Source: Obrimoposthia wandeli (Eukaryota). From it: a DNA stretch of 64,000 nucleotides. This document shows, one piece after another, positions 63,517 through 64,000 of this stretch (the stretch's first letter is position 1; each line of letters begins with the position of its first letter). The notes under the pieces were generated by a model. The model had not been told where the DNA came from and searched no databases. It saw nothing but the letters and a program-made list of their open reading frames with translations. The position numbers were made by a program, and so were the translations under genes. Location: contig CDROCS010000122.1 in assembly GCA_977020255.1 (NCBI GenBank), forward strand, positions 434,001 to 498,000, in the 5' to 3' direction.

Positions 63517-64000
63517 ATGAACAAGAAACTGATTGCTTTAGCAGTAGCAGCAGCATCTATCTCTTCTGTAGCAACAGCAGCAGAAGTTTACTCAGACGAA
63601 ACATCTAGCCTAGCAGTTGGCGGTCGTTTTGAAGCACGTGCAGTACTAGCTGATGTAGAAAAAGACAACAGCAACAAAACAAGCAGCGAAGTGTCTGATA
63701 ACAGCCGCGTACGTATTAACGTTGCTGGTAAAACAGACATCACTGACGATTTCTACGGTGTTGGTTTCTTTGAAAAAGAATTCAGCAGCGCTGACAGCGA
63801 CAACGACGAAACTCGTTACGCATACGCAGGTGTTGGCAGCCAATACGGTCAGCTAGTATACGGTAAAGCTGACGGTTCTCTAGGCATGATCACTGACTTT
63901 ACAGATATCATGGCATACCACGGTAACGAAGCGGGTAACAAACTTGCTGCTGCTGACCGTACAGACAACAACCTTAGCTACGTGGGTTCTTTCGACATCA
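63517..64000 (+). CDS. ompL: Porin, OmpL/OmpU-like; 5' part only
   Basis: Manual translation MNKKLIALAVAAASISSVATAAEVYSDETSSLAVGGRFEAR...SRVRINVAG...RYAYAG...YGKADG; RBS AAGGA; divergent from greA like ompU. Not in the ORF track. Confidence 0.85.
   Translation, partial: MNKKLIALAVAAASISSVATAAEVYSDETSSLAVGGRFEARAVLADVEKDNSNKTSSEVSDNSRVRINVAGKTDITDDFYGVGFFEKEFSSADSDNDETRYAYAGVGSQYGQLVYGKADGSLGMITDFTDIMAYHGNEAGNKLAAADRTDNNLSYVGSFDI

Noticed and set aside
1-64000. CRISPR arrays, IS transposases, rRNA, and the many 60-130 aa antisense ORFs in the track
   Set aside because: No regularly spaced repeat-spacer arrays, transposase or rRNA sequence seen; the short ORFs are shadows of well-supported genes.

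Overview
Vibrionaceae chromosome I segment, most likely a Photobacterium of the P. profundum group, judged from the OmpL-like porin next to greA and the gene order (recognised from memory, not from a search). About 14.7-64 kb is housekeeping core: yjjX-trpR-slt-ettA-plzA-M23-radA-plzC-serB-ytjB-deoDBAC-nupC-yjjV-glgX-prfC-rimI-holD-yhbS-ubiT-rocS-ubiUV-nlpI-pnp-rpsO-truB-rbfA-infB-nusA-rimP-tRNA-fMet-tRNA-Leu-secG-glmM-folP-ftsH-rlmE-yhbY-greA-ompL. The first 14.6 kb is accessory. It holds the edge of a probable type VI secretion cluster (an FHA gene missed by the ORF track, divergent from a PpkA-like kinase), a DUF1254/DUF1214 gene, a YgjV-like gene and an apparently damaged DUF4382 lipoprotein. 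It also holds a seven-gene operon (TPR-like protein, LolD/MacB-type ATPase, MacB/LolE-type permease, LolA-like protein, beta-barrel, LytS kinase, LytTR regulator) with three AlgR-like boxes upstream, and a solitary CI-like repressor whose S24 domain looks catalytically dead. The Lol-like envelope-spanning operon is the best candidate for an uncharacterised system. A dispersed ~160-bp inverted-repeat element occurs in at least five copies or fragments. No CRISPR array, transposase, integrase or rRNA was seen.
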